Source of the DNA: an uncultured Lachnospiraceae bacterium
GTDB taxonomy: Bacteria > Bacillota > Clostridia > Oscillospirales > CAG-272
Assembly (NCBI GenBank): GCA_964426285.1
Contig: CAYRQA010000002.1
Coordinates: forward strand, 1-36,397
DNA: 36,397 nucleotides
Direction: 5' to 3'
A model generated the notes under the pieces. That model was not told the DNA's origin. It did no database searches and was given only the letters and a program-made list of their open reading frames with translations. Positions 9,214 through 19,103 of this stretch are shown in pieces; position 1 is the stretch's first letter; each line of letters opens with the position of its first letter. The position numbers were made by a program, and so were the translations under genes.

Positions 9214-9783
9214 ATGATCACCCTCAGAATCGCAACGGTCGAGGACGCTTCGGCACTCGCCGAGATCTACCAATACTACGTCGACCACACCACCATCACC
9301 TTCGAGTATACCCCGCCCGACGACGTCGAATTTGCCCGCCGCATCGCACACAAGCTCGAAAAATACCCCTACCTCGTTGCCGAGGAGGAGGGCAGAACGG
9401 TCGGATACGCCTATGCTTCCGAGTTTCGCGAAAGACCCGCATTCGGTTGGAACGCAGAGCTTTCGGTCTACGTTGCCCGCGACAAACAGGGTTGCGGGAT
9501 CGGCAAACGCCTCTATTCGGCGCTCATCGAGCTCTTGCGGCTTCAGCATTTTGTGACCGTTTACGCCTGCATCACCTCTCCGAATCCCCCGAGCGTGACT
9601 TTTCATGAAAAATCGGGGTTCGAGTATCTGTGCTCTTTCCCAACCACAGGCTACAAGCATAGCAGATGGATCGACGTGATATGGTATCAAAAACGGATCG
9701 GCGACCTGAGCGAACCGCTTGAGATCATCCCCTTCCCTCTGCTCGACGGCAATACGGTAAAAAAGGTATTGAGGCAACTATGA
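9214..9783 (+). CDS. GNAT-family N-acetyltransferase, phosphinothricin/amino-acid N-acetyltransferase-like
   Basis: 189 aa. N-terminus IRIATVEDASALAEIYQYYV..TTITFE and the acetyl-CoA motif QGCGIGKRLY resemble the PAT/YncA-type GNAT subfamily. AAGGAAG RBS. Confidence 0.85.
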   Translation: MITLRIATVEDASALAEIYQYYVDHTTITFEYTPPDDVEFARRIAHKLEKYPYLVAEEEGRTVGYAYASEFRERPAFGWNAELSVYVARDKQGCGIGKRLYSALIELLRLQHFVTVYACITSPNPPSVTFHEKSGFEYLCSFPTTGYKHSRWIDVIWYQKRIGDLSEPLEIIPFPLLDGNTVKKVLRQL

Positions 9784-11159
9784 AAAAGTATCAAAATCCC
9801 ATTCTGCAAGGTCCGCTCTTCCCGAACATCGTGCGCTATACCATCCCGATCATTCTGACCAGTATTCTGCAGCTGCTTTTCAATGCGGCGGATCTGGTCG
9901 TTGTCGGACGGTTCCGCGGCAGCGTTTCGGTCGCCGCAGTCGGCGCTACAGGCTCGATCACCAATCTGATCGTCAACCTCTTCATCGGACTTTCAACCGG
10001 TGCGGGCGTAACCGTTGCCCACGCCTACGGCTGCAAGGATGACCGCACCGTGCACCGCACCATCCATACGGCACTGCCCACCGCCATCGTCAGCGGTGTG
10101 ATCCTCACCATCGTGGGGGTCACCTTCTCCGAGACCTTCCTGCGGCTGATGGCAACGCCCGAAAACGTGCTCCCCCTGTCGGCGATCTACATGAAGATCT
10201 ATTTCGCGGGAATCACCTTCAACATGGTCTACAATTTCTGTGCTTCCATCCTCCGTGCGGTGGGCGACACCAAAAGCCCGCTGATCTTCCTCTCGATTGC
10301 AGGCGTGATCAACGTGCTGCTGAATATCATCTTTGTGACCCTCTTCAATATGAACGTAGCGGGCGTCGCACTGGCAACCACCCTCTCGCAGGGCGTATCG
10401 GCGGTACTGGTCGTGCGCGCACTGATGCGCAGGACCGATGCCTGCAAGCTCACCCTCTCGAAAATGCGCTTTTACAAGCTGCAACTGTTTAAAATCATCC
10501 GCATCGGTCTGCCCGCAGGGCTTCAGGGCTCGCTCTTCTCGATCTCCAACGTTGTCGTCCAGTCGTCGGTCAACTCCTTCGGCGACATCGTCATGTCGGG
10601 CAATGCCGCCGCAGGCAATATCGAGGGCTTCGTCTACGTCTGTCTCAACGCATTCCACCAGACAGCCGTCAACTTTATCGGTCAGAATTCGGGTGCGCGG
10701 CAGTACAAGCGCGTCTTCAAGACCCTCTGGATCTGCCTCGGCTCTGTAACCGTTGTGGGACTGGGCGCAGGTTTTCTCGCCTACACCTTCGGCGAACAGC
10801 TCCTTTCGATCTACATCACCGACTCTCCCAAAGCGATCGGCTACGGCTTAATCCGACTGGCTTACATCTGCCTGCCCTACTTCCTCTGCGGACTAATGGA
10901 CGTTTCAACAGGCGCGCTGAGAGGATTGGGGGCATCGGTAGTCCCGATGATCATTTCGATCGTCGGCGTATGCGGCATCCGCATCGCATGGATCTATACG
11001 ATCTTTCAGATGGAAGCCTTCCACACGCCGCAGTGTCTCTATTTCTCCTACACGGTGTCCTGGAGCATCACCTTCCTCTGCCAGCTGGTGGCATTCCTCA
11101 TCGTCTACCGCAGGCAAGCGCAGAGGGTCGCACAAAGCGAAGCGCTTGAATCAACCTGA
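9780..11159 (+). CDS. MATE-family efflux transporter
   Basis: 459 aa with about 12 hydrophobic segments and a typical MATE N-terminus (PILQGPLFPNIVRYTIPIILTSILQLLFNAADLVVVGRF). Its start overlaps the GNAT stop codon (ATGA). Confidence 0.9.
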   Translation: MKKYQNPILQGPLFPNIVRYTIPIILTSILQLLFNAADLVVVGRFRGSVSVAAVGATGSITNLIVNLFIGLSTGAGVTVAHAYGCKDDRTVHRTIHTALPTAIVSGVILTIVGVTFSETFLRLMATPENVLPLSAIYMKIYFAGITFNMVYNFCASILRAVGDTKSPLIFLSIAGVINVLLNIIFVTLFNMNVAGVALATTLSQGVSAVLVVRALMRRTDACKLTLSKMRFYKLQLFKIIRIGLPAGLQGSLFSISNVVVQSSVNSFGDIVMSGNAAAGNIEGFVYVCLNAFHQTAVNFIGQNSGARQYKRVFKTLWICLGSVTVVGLGAGFLAYTFGEQLLSIYITDSPKAIGYGLIRLAYICLPYFLCGLMDVSTGALRGLGASVVPMIISIVGVCGIRIAWIYTIFQMEAFHTPQCLYFSYTVSWSITFLCQLVAFLIVYRRQAQRVAQSEALEST

Positions 11160-11177
11160 AAAGGAGGCACCCGTCCC

Positions 11178-12116
11178 ATGGAAAGCCTGAAGCTATCCTT
11201 CGAAGCCGTCATGCCGATCTTCCTGCTGATGCTGCTCGGTTACATCCTCAAACGGCTGAACGTAGCCGGTAAAGCCACATTTGACACCATAAACAAGCTC
11301 ATTTTCAAGGTGTTTTTGCCGATTTTGCTCTTTTATAACATCTACACGACCGAGCTCAGTGAGGTGCTCGATCTCAAGCTCATCATCTTTACAGTTATCG
11401 GCGTTCTGCTCATCTTTGTCGTGGGCGCCTTCGCCGTGATGGGGCTGACACCGTCGAATCCCAAGCGCGGCGTCATGCTGCAGGGCTTTTTCCGCTCGAA
11501 TTTTGCCATTCTCGGCATCCCTATCGTCAACTACGTCTGCGGCAAGCAGACGAGCGGACTGGCATCGCTGATGGTAGCAATCGTCGTGCCGATGTTCAAC
11601 ATTTTAGCGGTCATCTGCCTCGAACGCTTCCGCGGCGGCAAGCTGAATATTCTGCATATGCTCAAGGGCATTATCACCAACCCGCTCGTCATCGGCTGTG
11701 CGCTCGGCGCACTCTTCTTGGCGCTCGATTGGAAGCTGCCCTCGGTCGTCGAAAATGCAGTCGACGATCTTTCGGGCATCGCATCGCCGCTCGCGATGGT
11801 CGTGCTCGGCGCGAGCTTCACCTTCTCGAGCATCAAGGGACGCTTCCGCGAGCTCTGCATCACCGTCACGGCGAAGCTGATCGTCATTCCGCTCATCATG
11901 CTGACCGCCGCTGTCCTGCTCGGCTTCAAGGGCGAAGCGCTCGCCTGCATACTGGTCACCTTCGGTGCGCCCGCGGCAGTCTCTTCCTTCTCGATGTCTC
12001 AGCAGATGGGCGGCGACGAGAAGCTCGCGGCGCAGGTGGTCGTCGTCTCGTCGGCGCTCTGCCTGCTCACACTCTTCGGGTGGATCTTCCTGCTGAGTTA
12101 TCTGAAATTATTTTAA
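11178..12116 (+). CDS. AEC-family (auxin efflux carrier-type) permease
   Basis: 312 aa polytopic membrane protein with an N-terminus (FEAVMPIFLLMLLGYILKR) typical of the AEC family. AGGAGG RBS. Confidence 0.85.
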   Translation: MESLKLSFEAVMPIFLLMLLGYILKRLNVAGKATFDTINKLIFKVFLPILLFYNIYTTELSEVLDLKLIIFTVIGVLLIFVVGAFAVMGLTPSNPKRGVMLQGFFRSNFAILGIPIVNYVCGKQTSGLASLMVAIVVPMFNILAVICLERFRGGKLNILHMLKGIITNPLVIGCALGALFLALDWKLPSVVENAVDDLSGIASPLAMVVLGASFTFSSIKGRFRELCITVTAKLIVIPLIMLTAAVLLGFKGEALACILVTFGAPAAVSSFSMSQQMGGDEKLAAQVVVVSSALCLLTLFGWIFLLSYLKLF

Positions 12117-12127
12117 GAAGTACGATC

Positions 12128-12388
12128 ATGAAAAAAATTCGCATCGCCGCCCTTGTCATCGGCATCCTGCTGCTCGTCTTCGGCATCGGAATGTCCGCCA
12201 TGGGGGTCTACAACACGCTCTTCGATCCCTACTCGCTCGGCATCGTCGGCGGAGCCGATTTTATCTCCATTTGGACGATATTTTGTGCGCGTCTGTTCGG
12301 ACGCTATCTGTCGATCGCCGTTACGGGACTGCTGCTGATCGCCGCATCGGTCGTGCTGTTTGTCGTCGAGAAGAAGCGGAAGAAGTAA
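12128..12388 (+). CDS. Small hypothetical membrane protein, 86 aa
   Basis: The internal ATG of ORF 11729-12388 gives MKKIRIAALVIGILLLVFG..., with two to three TM segments and a KKRKK tail. The RBS is weak. Confidence 0.55.
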   Translation: MKKIRIAALVIGILLLVFGIGMSAMGVYNTLFDPYSLGIVGGADFISIWTIFCARLFGRYLSIAVTGLLLIAASVVLFVVEKKRKK

Positions 12389-12427
12389 ATAAAGCCCTGA
12401 AATTCATTTTGGTGAGGTGATTCAACC

Positions 12428-13108
12428 ATGTTCAAACGCTCATCCAAGGTCACCTGCGTGCTCTACGCTGTTTTGATCACGCTCTTTTGCCTGTCGATCT
12501 CCGTAGCGCTGATCGGCAGAGGGCTCTGTGTACGCGATAACATCCGCTATGCAGAAAAGCAGGACGAGATCTTTGTCATCGAAGAGATCGCAAAGGTATT
12601 GCAATCGGAAGAGGGCGAACCGGTCTACGTCTGCTACAACGATGCCTCCTGCGTGAACGTCTACACAGCTTCGGGCGAGTTCATGTGGGCGGTCTCGACC
12701 CCCTATATGCGCAACGTCTATTTTGAAATCAAAGACGGGCAGTTCATCCTGTACAACCTCGACGATGCCTACCTCTACGATGCGCTGAGCGGCGACTTCA
12801 TCGAAAAAACCGACGTCGAATCGCTCGACCTCAGCTATGATTGGGAGACCGAGCGCCTGCCTGTCGACGAAATGGCATCGGGGACGATTTGTTTTGATAC
12901 CTATCAGGTCTATCGCGTCGGAGAAGACGGCGGTCTGACCACCATCGTCGAGCGCCCAAACTGGTATTGGATCTTCAATTTCGGGCTCTGCTGGGCGATC
13001 GGCTTTGGCAGCGGCATCATGATCGGCATTCTTGTACTGATCAACAAAATCAAGCGTACCAAAGCAGAGCGGACGCAAAAGGGAGGACAACATGAACGAA
13101 ACCTATAA
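12428..13108 (+). CDS. Hypothetical membrane-anchored protein, TM helices at both ends
   Basis: GGTGAGGTGA RBS. An N-terminal TM and a C-terminal TM flank a soluble ~150-aa region. No family recognised. Confidence 0.6.
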   Translation: MFKRSSKVTCVLYAVLITLFCLSISVALIGRGLCVRDNIRYAEKQDEIFVIEEIAKVLQSEEGEPVYVCYNDASCVNVYTASGEFMWAVSTPYMRNVYFEIKDGQFILYNLDDAYLYDALSGDFIEKTDVESLDLSYDWETERLPVDEMASGTICFDTYQVYRVGEDGGLTTIVERPNWYWIFNFGLCWAIGFGSGIMIGILVLINKIKRTKAERTQKGGQHERNL

Positions 13109-13664
13109 ATTCGAATATCACAGCGACAACCCGAAGCGGCTGAACGACCTTGCACAGGGCGGCTACGCGATGCGCAAATCGCTCCGCAAAAACCAAGCCA
13201 AGCTCAAGCCCTATTCGCGCATCTGCGCCGAGCTCATCTTTAAATCGCTGCCCTTCCTGCTCGTTGCGGCGTCGGGTCTTCTGCTCGACGAGCTCGATTC
13301 ACCCCTTCGTGTCCTCTACTACATTCTGCTCTTCATCGGTGCATTTCTGCTGGTAGTGGGTGTGTTCAACACGATCAACGCCCATGCCGCACTGTCCAAT
13401 TACGAAAAGCAGCAGGAGGGCGTTGACCGCGGTCTGCTGACCTTTGACGCATCGGGCATCTGCGACAGCAGTCCCGACGGAACGGTCGTCAAGCGCACGT
13501 GGGAGGACTACGACTGCTGTTTTATCAGCCGCGAGGTGATCATCCTGATCTACAAATCTCCCAATCTCAATTTCCTGCCCGCCACGCCCGAAAACGTCAG
13601 CCATATCGGTGCTGCGCTTCGGCAGTTCGGCAAGGAAAATACCATTCATTTGATCAAGGAATAA
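13092..13664 (+). CDS. Hypothetical membrane protein, YcxB-like architecture
   Basis: GGGAGG RBS. Overlaps the upstream gene by 17 nt. Two central TM helices are followed by a small soluble domain, as in YcxB-like proteins (pattern recognition only). Confidence 0.55.
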   Translation: MNETYKFEYHSDNPKRLNDLAQGGYAMRKSLRKNQAKLKPYSRICAELIFKSLPFLLVAASGLLLDELDSPLRVLYYILLFIGAFLLVVGVFNTINAHAALSNYEKQQEGVDRGLLTFDASGICDSSPDGTVVKRTWEDYDCCFISREVIILIYKSPNLNFLPATPENVSHIGAALRQFGKENTIHLIKE

Positions 13665-13671
13665 TGCCGAG

Positions 13672-13700
13672 CCTCTCTGTCTGCGACAGGGAGGTTTTCT
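13672..13700 (+). terminator. Rho-independent terminator of the transporter/membrane-protein operon
   Basis: CCTCTCTGTC-tgc-GACAGGGAGG (10 bp, one G.U pair), followed by TTTTCT. Confidence 0.7.
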
Positions 13701-13750
13701 GCAACATAGATGCAGCCGCTTTATCATTTTCGGAAATTAATGCTTTGTAC

Positions 13751-13779
13751 TTGATTTATACATATTCGTCTGCTATAAT
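13751..13779 (+). promoter_or_regulatory. Sigma-A promoter of the deacetylase gene
   Basis: TTGATT (13751-13756), 17-nt spacer, TATAAT (13774-13779). Confidence 0.6.
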
Positions 13780-13848
13780 GAAGAAAATGCACGATTTTGT
13801 GCTGTTTTGAAGGGACAAGCCACTCCGATCAGCAGAAAGGAAGTTTAC

Positions 13849-15027
13849 ATGAAACGATTGCCCGCTATCCTCGTACTGATTCTACTCGCCACCGCACTGA
13901 CCGCCTGCATCTTCGGCGAAACAGAACCGCCCCTTTACACCGTCCGAATAACAGATGCCACCACTACGTCTGAAACGCCCGCTACCACTTCCCTGCACCC
14001 TTGTACCGAGGTCACCGACCTCCCAGATCAGACGACAGATCCCGTCCCCCCCGAGACCACCCCTGTTCCCATCACGACGACTACCGCTCCTACTCCCACT
14101 ACGCCCGCACCCGTTACGACTACGAAAGCGCCGATTACCACCACACCCGCACCCGTCACGACTACAAAGGCTCCGGTTACCGACGCACCGCCCACGCCCT
14201 CCGATTCGATCGTCGTAACGGTCAATCCGACAGCGGTCAAAGAGGGTGAGACCTACACAGGCAAAGCCCCCCTCCCTACGCTCACGCTGACCGTCAACGA
14301 CCCCGACAATAGGGCAGGACTTGACCAAACACGCATCGACTACTCCTTCGGTGTGGCAAAGGATGGCAAGCCCCATCAGCTGTCGGTCGGTCACCAGGCA
14401 TACTTCGACGAACACGACCGTGCCGCGCTGACGCTTGACACCATTTCTACCGAAAAGGTGCTCTACCTCACCTTCGACAACGGTTATGAATACAACGACC
14501 TCACGGGCGACATCCTCAATACGCTCAAAGAAAAAAACGTGCCCGCCGCATTCTTCTGCACGCTCGATTACATCGAGGACAATCCCGACTACATCGTGCG
14601 CATGATCAATGAGGGGCACATCGTCGGCAACCATTCGACCACTCACCCCGTTATGTCGAATCTCACCCGCGAGAAGATGGCGAAAGAGATCCTCGGCGTC
14701 GAAAACTATCTGCGCGTCAACTTCGGCTACTCCTCCAAATACTTCCGCTTCCCTTCGGGCACCTACAATGACATGGCGCTCGAGCTGGTCGATTCGGTCG
14801 GCTTCCGCTCGGTCTTCTGGTCGAACGCACACGCCGACTGGGACACCGCCGCTCAGCCGTCCGTTCAAAAGACCTTCGATACCGTCACCTCCCGCCTCCA
14901 TCCCGGCTCGGTCATCCTCCTTCACGCTGTCTCTCAGAGCAACGCCGACGCCCTCGCCGATATCATCGACTACGCTCGCGCCGAAGGCTACGTCTTCCGC
15001 TCGCTCGACGAGTATCCGGGGTGGTGA
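13849..15027 (+). CDS. Polysaccharide deacetylase (CE4) lipoprotein with a Thr/Pro-rich linker, PdaA-like
   Basis: The start was moved to the ATG at 13849 (MKRLPAILVLILLATALTAC, which has a lipobox). GAAAGGAAG RBS. NodB-type motifs YLTFDNGYE and GHIVGNHSTTHP are present, with overall similarity to sporulation delta-lactam deacetylases. Confidence 0.85.
   Translation: MKRLPAILVLILLATALTACIFGETEPPLYTVRITDATTTSETPATTSLHPCTEVTDLPDQTTDPVPPETTPVPITTTTAPTPTTPAPVTTTKAPITTTPAPVTTTKAPVTDAPPTPSDSIVVTVNPTAVKEGETYTGKAPLPTLTLTVNDPDNRAGLDQTRIDYSFGVAKDGKPHQLSVGHQAYFDEHDRAALTLDTISTEKVLYLTFDNGYEYNDLTGDILNTLKEKNVPAAFFCTLDYIEDNPDYIVRMINEGHIVGNHSTTHPVMSNLTREKMAKEILGVENYLRVNFGYSSKYFRFPSGTYNDMALELVDSVGFRSVFWSNAHADWDTAAQPSVQKTFDTVTSRLHPGSVILLHAVSQSNADALADIIDYARAEGYVFRSLDEYPGW
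14101..14184 (+). repeat. Coding tandem repeat, 42 nt x 2, in the Thr/Pro linker
   Basis: TPAPVTTTKAPITT / TPAPVTTTKAPVTD, encoded by two adjacent, nearly identical 42-nt units. Confidence 0.7.
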
Positions 15028-15312
15028 GCAGGGGCGCTGCCCCAAACCCCGGCAGGGGCGCCGCCCCTGCACCCCAGTCGCTTTCTTGAAATGAAAGCAT
15101 GACTTGACTTCGTCAAGTCGGGCAAAGAACTTTTTTAAGCTCGGCGAAATACTTCGTCGGGCAGTTCTTTTTGGGATTTCTATGCTCGGCAAGAAATTGC
15201 CGAGCTTTTTCAAGGTTCATGAAGGGGACAGCACTTCTCGCAAGCGAGAAGTGCGCGACATTCGCCTACGGCGAAGTCGGTAGGGAAACTTCTTTCAAGA
15301 AGTTTCCCCTAA
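15028..15312. repeat. Composite array of about 8 perfect GC-rich hairpins, containing family 1 (15052-15164) and family 2 (15283-15308) repeat modules
   Basis: Hairpins read directly: GCAGGGGCG/CGCCCCTGC, GACTTGAC-ttc-GTCAAGTC, GCTCGGCAA-gaaa-TTGCCGAGC+TTTTT, GCACTTCTCG-caag-CGAGAAGTGC, GGGAAACTTCTT-tc-AAGAAGTTTCCC. Homologous copies lie at 19869, 31188 and 36224. Confidence 0.75.
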
Positions 15313-15327
15313 ATGAAACCAAACCGA

Positions 15328-15356
15328 TTGACACCGACCGCATCGCGTGTTATAAT
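15328..15356 (+). promoter_or_regulatory. Consensus sigma-A promoter of alr
   Basis: TTGACA (15328-15333), 17-nt spacer ending in TGT (extended -10), TATAAT (15351-15356). Confidence 0.65.
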
Positions 15357-15394
15357 AATAAGGTATCCTATTTTTCAAAACAAGGCGGTTTTTC

Positions 15395-16570
15395 ATGAAA
15401 AAACTGACAGATCAGCTCCGCACGTGGGCTGAAATAGATCTTGACGCAGTCCTGCACAATTTCTGTGCCGCAAAAGCGCGCCTGCCGCATTCCACCAAGC
15501 TGCTTACCGTCCTCAAGGCGAACGCCTACGGGCACGGCTCGGTGCGCATCGGCAAGCTGCTCGAGGGCGAAGCCGATTACTTCGCGGTCGCTTTCACCGC
15601 GGAGGCGCTCGAGCTCCGTCATGCGGGCATCGAGACCCCCATCCTCATCCTCGGGCACGTACCGACCTGCGATTTCCCCCTCCTCGTGCAGTACGGCATT
15701 ACCACGACGGTCGACAGTTTCGCAGAAGCAAAGCTACTCTCCGACAGCGCGCTCACCCTCGGCAAGCGTGCAAAGCTGCACATCGCCATCGACACGGGCA
15801 TGAGCCGCATCGGATTTGCCTGCACCGATGAAAGTGTGGCACAGATCGCCGCCATCACGGCACTGCCGATGATCGAGGTCGAGGGCATTTTCAGCCACTT
15901 TGCCACTGCCGACTCGGCTGACAAGAGATACGCAATGGCGCAACTCGACAAATTCAACGCTCTCTGTAATGCGCTCAAAGAAGCGGGCATCACGATCCCG
16001 ATCCGTCACATTCAGAACAGCGCGGGCATCGTCGATCTCGACATTCCCTTCGAGATGGCGCGCGAGGGCATCATCCTCTACGGTATGCGCCCCTCCTCCG
16101 AGGTCGATCTTGCCAAGATCGGCGGCGTAAAGCCGGTCATGAGCCTGCGCACGCACATCGTCCACCTCGCCACCCTCCCCGCAGGCACGCCCGTCAGCTA
16201 CGGCTGTACCTATGTCACCACCCGCGAGACCAAGGTCGCGACCCTGTCGGTCGGCTACGCGGACGGCTATCCGAGACTGCTATCGGGCAAGGCGAAGGTC
16301 ATTATCGGCGGTCGCGAAGTACCGCTAATCGGACGCATCTGCATGGATCAATGCATGGCGGACGTCACCGAGCTCGACGACGTCGCCATAGGCTCTGTCG
16401 CCACCCTCTTCGGCTCGGACGGCGACTGCTATATCTCGCAGGACGATCTCGCCGAAGCAATCGGCACCATCGGGTACGAGCTGGTCTGCAATATCAACCC
16501 CCGTGTGCCGCGCGTTTTCATGAAGGACGGTCAATTCGATTCGATCGATCAGAAGGTTTCGAGAGATTAA
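15395..16570 (+). CDS. alr: Alanine racemase
   Basis: 391 aa. PLP-lysine motif VLKANAYGHG, a C-terminal ..GRICMDQCMADV.. motif, and full-length resemblance to Alr. Confidence 0.95.
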   Translation: MKKLTDQLRTWAEIDLDAVLHNFCAAKARLPHSTKLLTVLKANAYGHGSVRIGKLLEGEADYFAVAFTAEALELRHAGIETPILILGHVPTCDFPLLVQYGITTTVDSFAEAKLLSDSALTLGKRAKLHIAIDTGMSRIGFACTDESVAQIAAITALPMIEVEGIFSHFATADSADKRYAMAQLDKFNALCNALKEAGITIPIRHIQNSAGIVDLDIPFEMAREGIILYGMRPSSEVDLAKIGGVKPVMSLRTHIVHLATLPAGTPVSYGCTYVTTRETKVATLSVGYADGYPRLLSGKAKVIIGGREVPLIGRICMDQCMADVTELDDVAIGSVATLFGSDGDCYISQDDLAEAIGTIGYELVCNINPRVPRVFMKDGQFDSIDQKVSRD

Positions 16571-16580
16571 GCACACACTC

Positions 16581-16615
16581 CCCCGCACATTTTGCAATGT
16601 GCGGGGCTGTTTTTC
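16581..16615 (+). terminator. Rho-independent terminator of alr
   Basis: Perfect 10-bp stem CCCCGCACAT-tttgca-ATGTGCGGGG, followed by CTGTTTTT. Confidence 0.85.
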
Positions 16616-16694
16616 GCTTTTGCAGAAAGAATCATGATCAAACGCAAAATCGACCGAAAATCTGTTATTTTTTTGTAAATTGGCGCAGGATATA

Positions 16695-16723
16695 TTGACA
16701 ATTCAATAAAATAGTGTTATACT
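16695..16723 (+). promoter_or_regulatory. Consensus sigma-A promoter of pflBA
   Basis: TTGACA (16695-16700), 17-nt spacer with TGT (extended -10), TATACT (16718-16723). The leader to the ATG at 16851 is about 125 nt. Confidence 0.7.
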
Positions 16724-16850
16724 GATACTGCTAAAGAAGCGGCAGTACGGACCGACCGTTGTTATTAAAAATGACGCCGGAGCCGCCACTTCTGATATTA
16801 CCGAAGGACTGTATGAAGACAGCCCTCGGACAAAAAGGAGAAATGAAAAA

Positions 16851-19103
16851 ATGGCAGCATTCGAACAGTGGAAAGGCTTTAAAGGCAAGATCTGGAAGGA
16901 TGAGATCAACACCCGTGACTTCATCCAGAACAACTACACCTCCTACGAAGGCGATTCTTCTTTCCTTGCAGGACCTACCGAAGCGACCGATAAGCTTTGG
17001 GGCGCTCTGCAGACACTTCAGAAGGAAGAGCGCGCAAAAGGCGGCGTTCTCGATATGGATACCGAAATCGTATCCACGATCACTTCTCATGCGCCCGGTT
17101 ATATCAGCGAAGAGCTGAAGGATCTTGAAAAGGTCGTCGGTCTGCAGACCGACAAGCCTCTGAAGAGAGCATTCATGCCCTTCGGCGGCATCAAGATGGC
17201 AGAGGAATCCTGCACCACCTACGGTTATACCCCCAACCCCGAACTGCACAAGATCTTCACCGAGTATCACAAGACCCACAACCAGGGCGTATTTGATGCT
17301 TACACCCCCGAGATCCGTGCCGCTCGTAAGAACAAGATCATCACCGGTCTGCCCGATACCTACGGCAGAGGCAGAATCGTCGGCGACTACCGCCGTGTTG
17401 CACTCTACGGTATCGACTTCCTGATGGCGAAGAAGTTCGAGGACTACAACAACTGCGGCAACGGCACCATGACCGATGACATCATCCGTCAGCGCGAAGA
17501 GATCACCATGCAGTACAACGCCCTCAAGCAGATGAAGGAAATGGCTGCAAGCTACGGCTTCGACATCTCCAAACCCGCTGCAACCGCAAAGGAAGCTGCT
17601 CAGTGGCTCTACTTCGGTTACCTCGCTGCCATCAAGACCCAGAACGGCGCCGCTATGTCGGTCGGCAGAGTTTCCACCTTCCTCGATATCTACATCAAGA
17701 GAGATATGGACGCAGGCATACTCACCGAGGCTGAAGCACAGGAGATCATCGACCATTTCGTTATGAAGTGCCGCATGGTCAAGTTCGCACGTATCCCCTC
17801 CTACAACCAGCTCTTCTCGGGCGACCCCGTATGGGCAACCCTCGAAGTCGGCGGTATGGACGTAAACGGCCGTTCGATGGTCACCAAGACCGACTACCGT
17901 TTCCTGCACACCCTCGAGAACATGGGTCCCTCCCCCGAGCCTAACATGACCGTGCTCTACTCGGCTCGTCTGCCCGAGAACTTCAAGAAGTACGCCGCTT
18001 ACATCTCGATCGAGACCAGCTCGGTTCAGTACGAGAACGACGACGTTATGCGTCCTGTTTGGGGCGATGACTACTCGATCTGCTGCTGCGTATCGGCAAC
18101 TCAGACCGGTAAGGAGATCCAGTTCTTCGGCGCTCGCGCAAACCTCGCTAAGTGCCTGCTCTACGCGATCAACGGCGGCGTAGACGAAAAGACCAAGGCT
18201 CAGGTCGCTCCCGCATACGCTCCCATCACCTCCGAGTACCTCGACTACAACGAAGTCATGAAGAAGTACGACGTAATGATGGACTGGCTGGCAGCACTCT
18301 ACGTCAACACCCTGAACCTCATCCACTATATGCACGACAAGTACTACTACGAAGCTGCTGAGATGGCACTGATCGACACCGACGTTCGCCGCACCTTCGC
18401 GACCGGTATCGCAGGCTTCTCGCACGTAGTTGACTCGCTCTCCGCTATCAAGTACGCGAAGGTCAAGTGCGTTCGTGACGAAACCGGTCTCGTAGTAGAC
18501 TTCGTTACCGAAGGCGACTTCCCGAAGTACGGCAACGACGACGACAGAGCCGACGACATCGCAGTATGGCTGCTCAAGGCATTCATGACCAAGGTCAAGA
18601 AGAACCACACCTACCGCGATTCCGAGCCCACCACCTCGATCCTCACCATCACCTCGAACGTCGTTTACGGTAAGGCTACCGGTTCTCTGCCCGACGGCAG
18701 AAAAGCAGGCGAGCCTCTGTCTCCCGGTGCGAACCCCAGCTACGGCGCTGAGACCAGCGGCCTGCTGGCTTCGCTCAACTCGGTTGCGAAGCTCCCCTAC
18801 CACTGGGCACTCGACGGTATCTCCAACACTCAGACCATGCATCCCGATTCGCTTGGTCACAACGAAGAGGAGCGCGTCGCTAACCTCGTAAACGTACTCG
18901 ACGGTTACTTCTCCCAGGGCTCTCATCACCTGAACGTCAACGTGTTCGGCACTGAAAAGCTGATCGACGCGATGGAGCATCCCGAGAAGGAAGAATACGC
19001 CAACTTCACCATCCGTGTATCCGGTTATGCAGTGAAATTCATCGACCTGACCCGTGAACAGCAGCTCGATGTCATTGCAAGAACCTGCCATGCAAGCCTG
19101 TAA
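16851..19103 (+). CDS. pflB: Formate C-acetyltransferase (pyruvate formate-lyase)
   Basis: 750 aa. Glycyl-radical motif RVSGYAVKF near the C-terminus, an active-site CC (SICCCVS), and an N-terminal W.GF..G.W...RDFIQ.NY signature. Confidence 0.97.
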   Translation: MAAFEQWKGFKGKIWKDEINTRDFIQNNYTSYEGDSSFLAGPTEATDKLWGALQTLQKEERAKGGVLDMDTEIVSTITSHAPGYISEELKDLEKVVGLQTDKPLKRAFMPFGGIKMAEESCTTYGYTPNPELHKIFTEYHKTHNQGVFDAYTPEIRAARKNKIITGLPDTYGRGRIVGDYRRVALYGIDFLMAKKFEDYNNCGNGTMTDDIIRQREEITMQYNALKQMKEMAASYGFDISKPAATAKEAAQWLYFGYLAAIKTQNGAAMSVGRVSTFLDIYIKRDMDAGILTEAEAQEIIDHFVMKCRMVKFARIPSYNQLFSGDPVWATLEVGGMDVNGRSMVTKTDYRFLHTLENMGPSPEPNMTVLYSARLPENFKKYAAYISIETSSVQYENDDVMRPVWGDDYSICCCVSATQTGKEIQFFGARANLAKCLLYAINGGVDEKTKAQVAPAYAPITSEYLDYNEVMKKYDVMMDWLAALYVNTLNLIHYMHDKYYYEAAEMALIDTDVRRTFATGIAGFSHVVDSLSAIKYAKVKCVRDETGLVVDFVTEGDFPKYGNDDDRADDIAVWLLKAFMTKVKKNHTYRDSEPTTSILTITSNVVYGKATGSLPDGRKAGEPLSPGANPSYGAETSGLLASLNSVAKLPYHWALDGISNTQTMHPDSLGHNEEERVANLVNVLDGYFSQGSHHLNVNVFGTEKLIDAMEHPEKEEYANFTIRVSGYAVKFIDLTREQQLDVIARTCHASL

